Positions 62,831 through 64,000 of a stretch of DNA of 64,000 bases are shown here, in pieces (the stretch's first letter is position 1; every line of letters starts with the position of its first letter). The translations under genes and the position numbers were made by a program. The stretch spans positions 558,001 to 622,000 of the forward strand of contig JAUFOR010000003.1 of the NCBI GenBank assembly GCA_040285745.1, read 5' to 3'. The DNA comes from Barthelona sp. PCE (lineage: Eukaryota). The notes under the pieces were generated by a model that saw only the letters and a list, made by a program, of their open reading frames with translations, made no database searches and was not told the DNA's origin.

Positions 62831-64000
62831 TTATTCACATTTTTCTGAATCTTCTTCAACCTCAACTTTTTCAGAAACTTCATGTTCGAGGTCTAAAGGT
62901 TTCACATCCTCATCCTTTGGCTGAGCTACGTGCTTAACCACGGCAGGAGTTAATGGATGCATCTCTTCTTCCAAACTGGTCTCAATAGCAGTGTTCCAAG
63001 CATTACCTAACGTATTTGCTCCTTTAAAGAAGCCTTTCACACGATCTCTAAGTCGACGCTTCTGCCCAAGCCCGATAAGTCGACTCTGTTGCTTTGTGAG
63101 CCCGAGATAACTGGCAATCACAGGCAACATAACACTTCGAGATTCAGGGACAGTTAAATAGTCTACAAAGAATTCTGCACATGCCGCACGATCAACGTAC
63201 AGTATAGGCACTGAAAGGTCATTGTTAATCTCAACCTCTTGATGGTCAAAACCCAAGGTTTCCAACAATGAACGTGTTTCGCTCGTTGCTGAAGTGGCTG
63301 CTGCTTCTACATCGATTGAGCATCTCATATACCACTGCATTAATGACTCATGCACAGCCTTAAACAAAGGAGCGTACTCGCAACTTTCACTTTTTTCGGT
63401 TGAAACCCGTTTCAATTCCTCAATTTCATTTTTCTTCATATCCAATTCCTTGTTTTGCGCTTCAATTGTCGATTCCAGATTGACAATCGATGAACGTAAA
63501 CCAGATAGGACACGCATGTTCTTCACCAACTCCAGCTCTCGATCAACAGCTAGCTTCTCACGCTCACTGTCCTTCTCTGATTGATTGGTCAACTTAACGT
63601 TAAGATTTGCTATTTCAGTATCTTTCTCGGTGATACAACTCTTCAAAGACTGTACTTCAGTGTTCAACTCAGTCATCTGATCTAAACGCTTCTTGTAAGT
63701 GTTTAACCTATCCTTCAGTCCTGCAATTGTCAATTCAAGATCACCAACAACGGTTTTCTTTGCAGCTAATTCTGCATTCAAGCCGTCTACCTCATTATCG
63801 AGTGCAACTTTTGCAGTCTGTAGTTCTGTCAATGAAGCTGAATTCTTTCTCAATGCTCCTAAGTGTTTCTTATTCTCGCTCATAAGCTTCTTAATGTAAT
63901 TAATTTGATCTTCAATATCAAACTGTTGAGTTTCTATTGTTTTTTTGAATGACAGTTCAGCAATCTTCAACTCTTGAAGTTCTTTTACCGTTTCATTATA
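62831..64000 (-). CDS. Coiled-coil golgin with GRAB/GRIP domain (GMAP-210/Rud3-like), 5'-truncated by the window edge
   Basis: Long coiled coil then VDRAACAEFFVDYL...MLPVIASYLGL and a GA1-like TLGNAW; the frame stays open to 64000. Confidence 0.7.
   Translation of the reverse strand, partial: YNETVKELQELKIAELSFKKTIETQQFDIEDQINYIKKLMSENKKHLGALRKNSASLTELQTAKVALDNEVDGLNAELAAKKTVVGDLELTIAGLKDRLNTYKKRLDQMTELNTEVQSLKSCITEKDTEIANLNVKLTNQSEKDSEREKLAVDRELELVKNMRVLSGLRSSIVNLESTIEAQNKELDMKKNEIEELKRVSTEKSESCEYAPLFKAVHESLMQWYMRCSIDVEAAATSATSETRSLLETLGFDHQEVEINNDLSVPILYVDRAACAEFFVDYLTVPESRSVMLPVIASYLGLTKQQSRLIGLGQKRRLRDRVKGFFKGANTLGNAWNTAIETSLEEEMHPLTPAVVKHVAQPKDEDVKPLDLEHEVSEKVEVEEDSEKCE

Noticed and set aside
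1-64000. Non-standard genetic code, transposons, CRISPR arrays, rRNA genes
   Set aside because: Conserved proteins end at expected positions with TAA, TAG or TGA. No transposase/RT ORFs, repeat-spacer arrays or rRNA-length matches were seen.

Overview
Gene-dense eukaryotic nuclear DNA (standard genetic code; TAA, TAG and TGA all used as stops) with about 45 mostly intronless protein genes, very short spacers and several convergent genes whose ends touch or overlap. Genes recognised by eye include DAD1/OST2, RCL1, DONSON, RBBP5/Swd1, two pecanex proteins, PABPN1, cystatin, Sin3, IFT43, IFT122, DDX6, RPL11, site-2 protease, DPE2, CAF-1 p60, SmD1, ITPA, a p24 protein, a SMYD protein and a GRAB-domain golgin. 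This points to a flagellated protist. Only three spliceosomal introns were found (DDX6, RPL11, an Arf-like GTPase). All are GTAYGT...CTMAYATTTAG, with the branch point at a fixed distance from the 3' splice site as in Giardia and Trichomonas, so a metamonad-like organism is inferred but not proven. Highlights: (1) a 741-aa protein that appears to fuse an RRM to an OLD/GajA-type ABC-ATPase plus TOPRIM module, normally associated with prokaryotic anti-phage nucleases, with degenerate catalytic motifs, next to a bacterial-type nitroreductase; (2) a 442-nt RPL11 intron whose two ends can pair over about 30 bp, bringing the donor next to the branch point; (3) a candidate snoRNA-like structured region upstream of RPL11; (4) recurrent poly(A)-signal (WRTAAA) and ATG-proximal (CCYTTT) motifs. 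All homology calls are from motif recognition without database searches.
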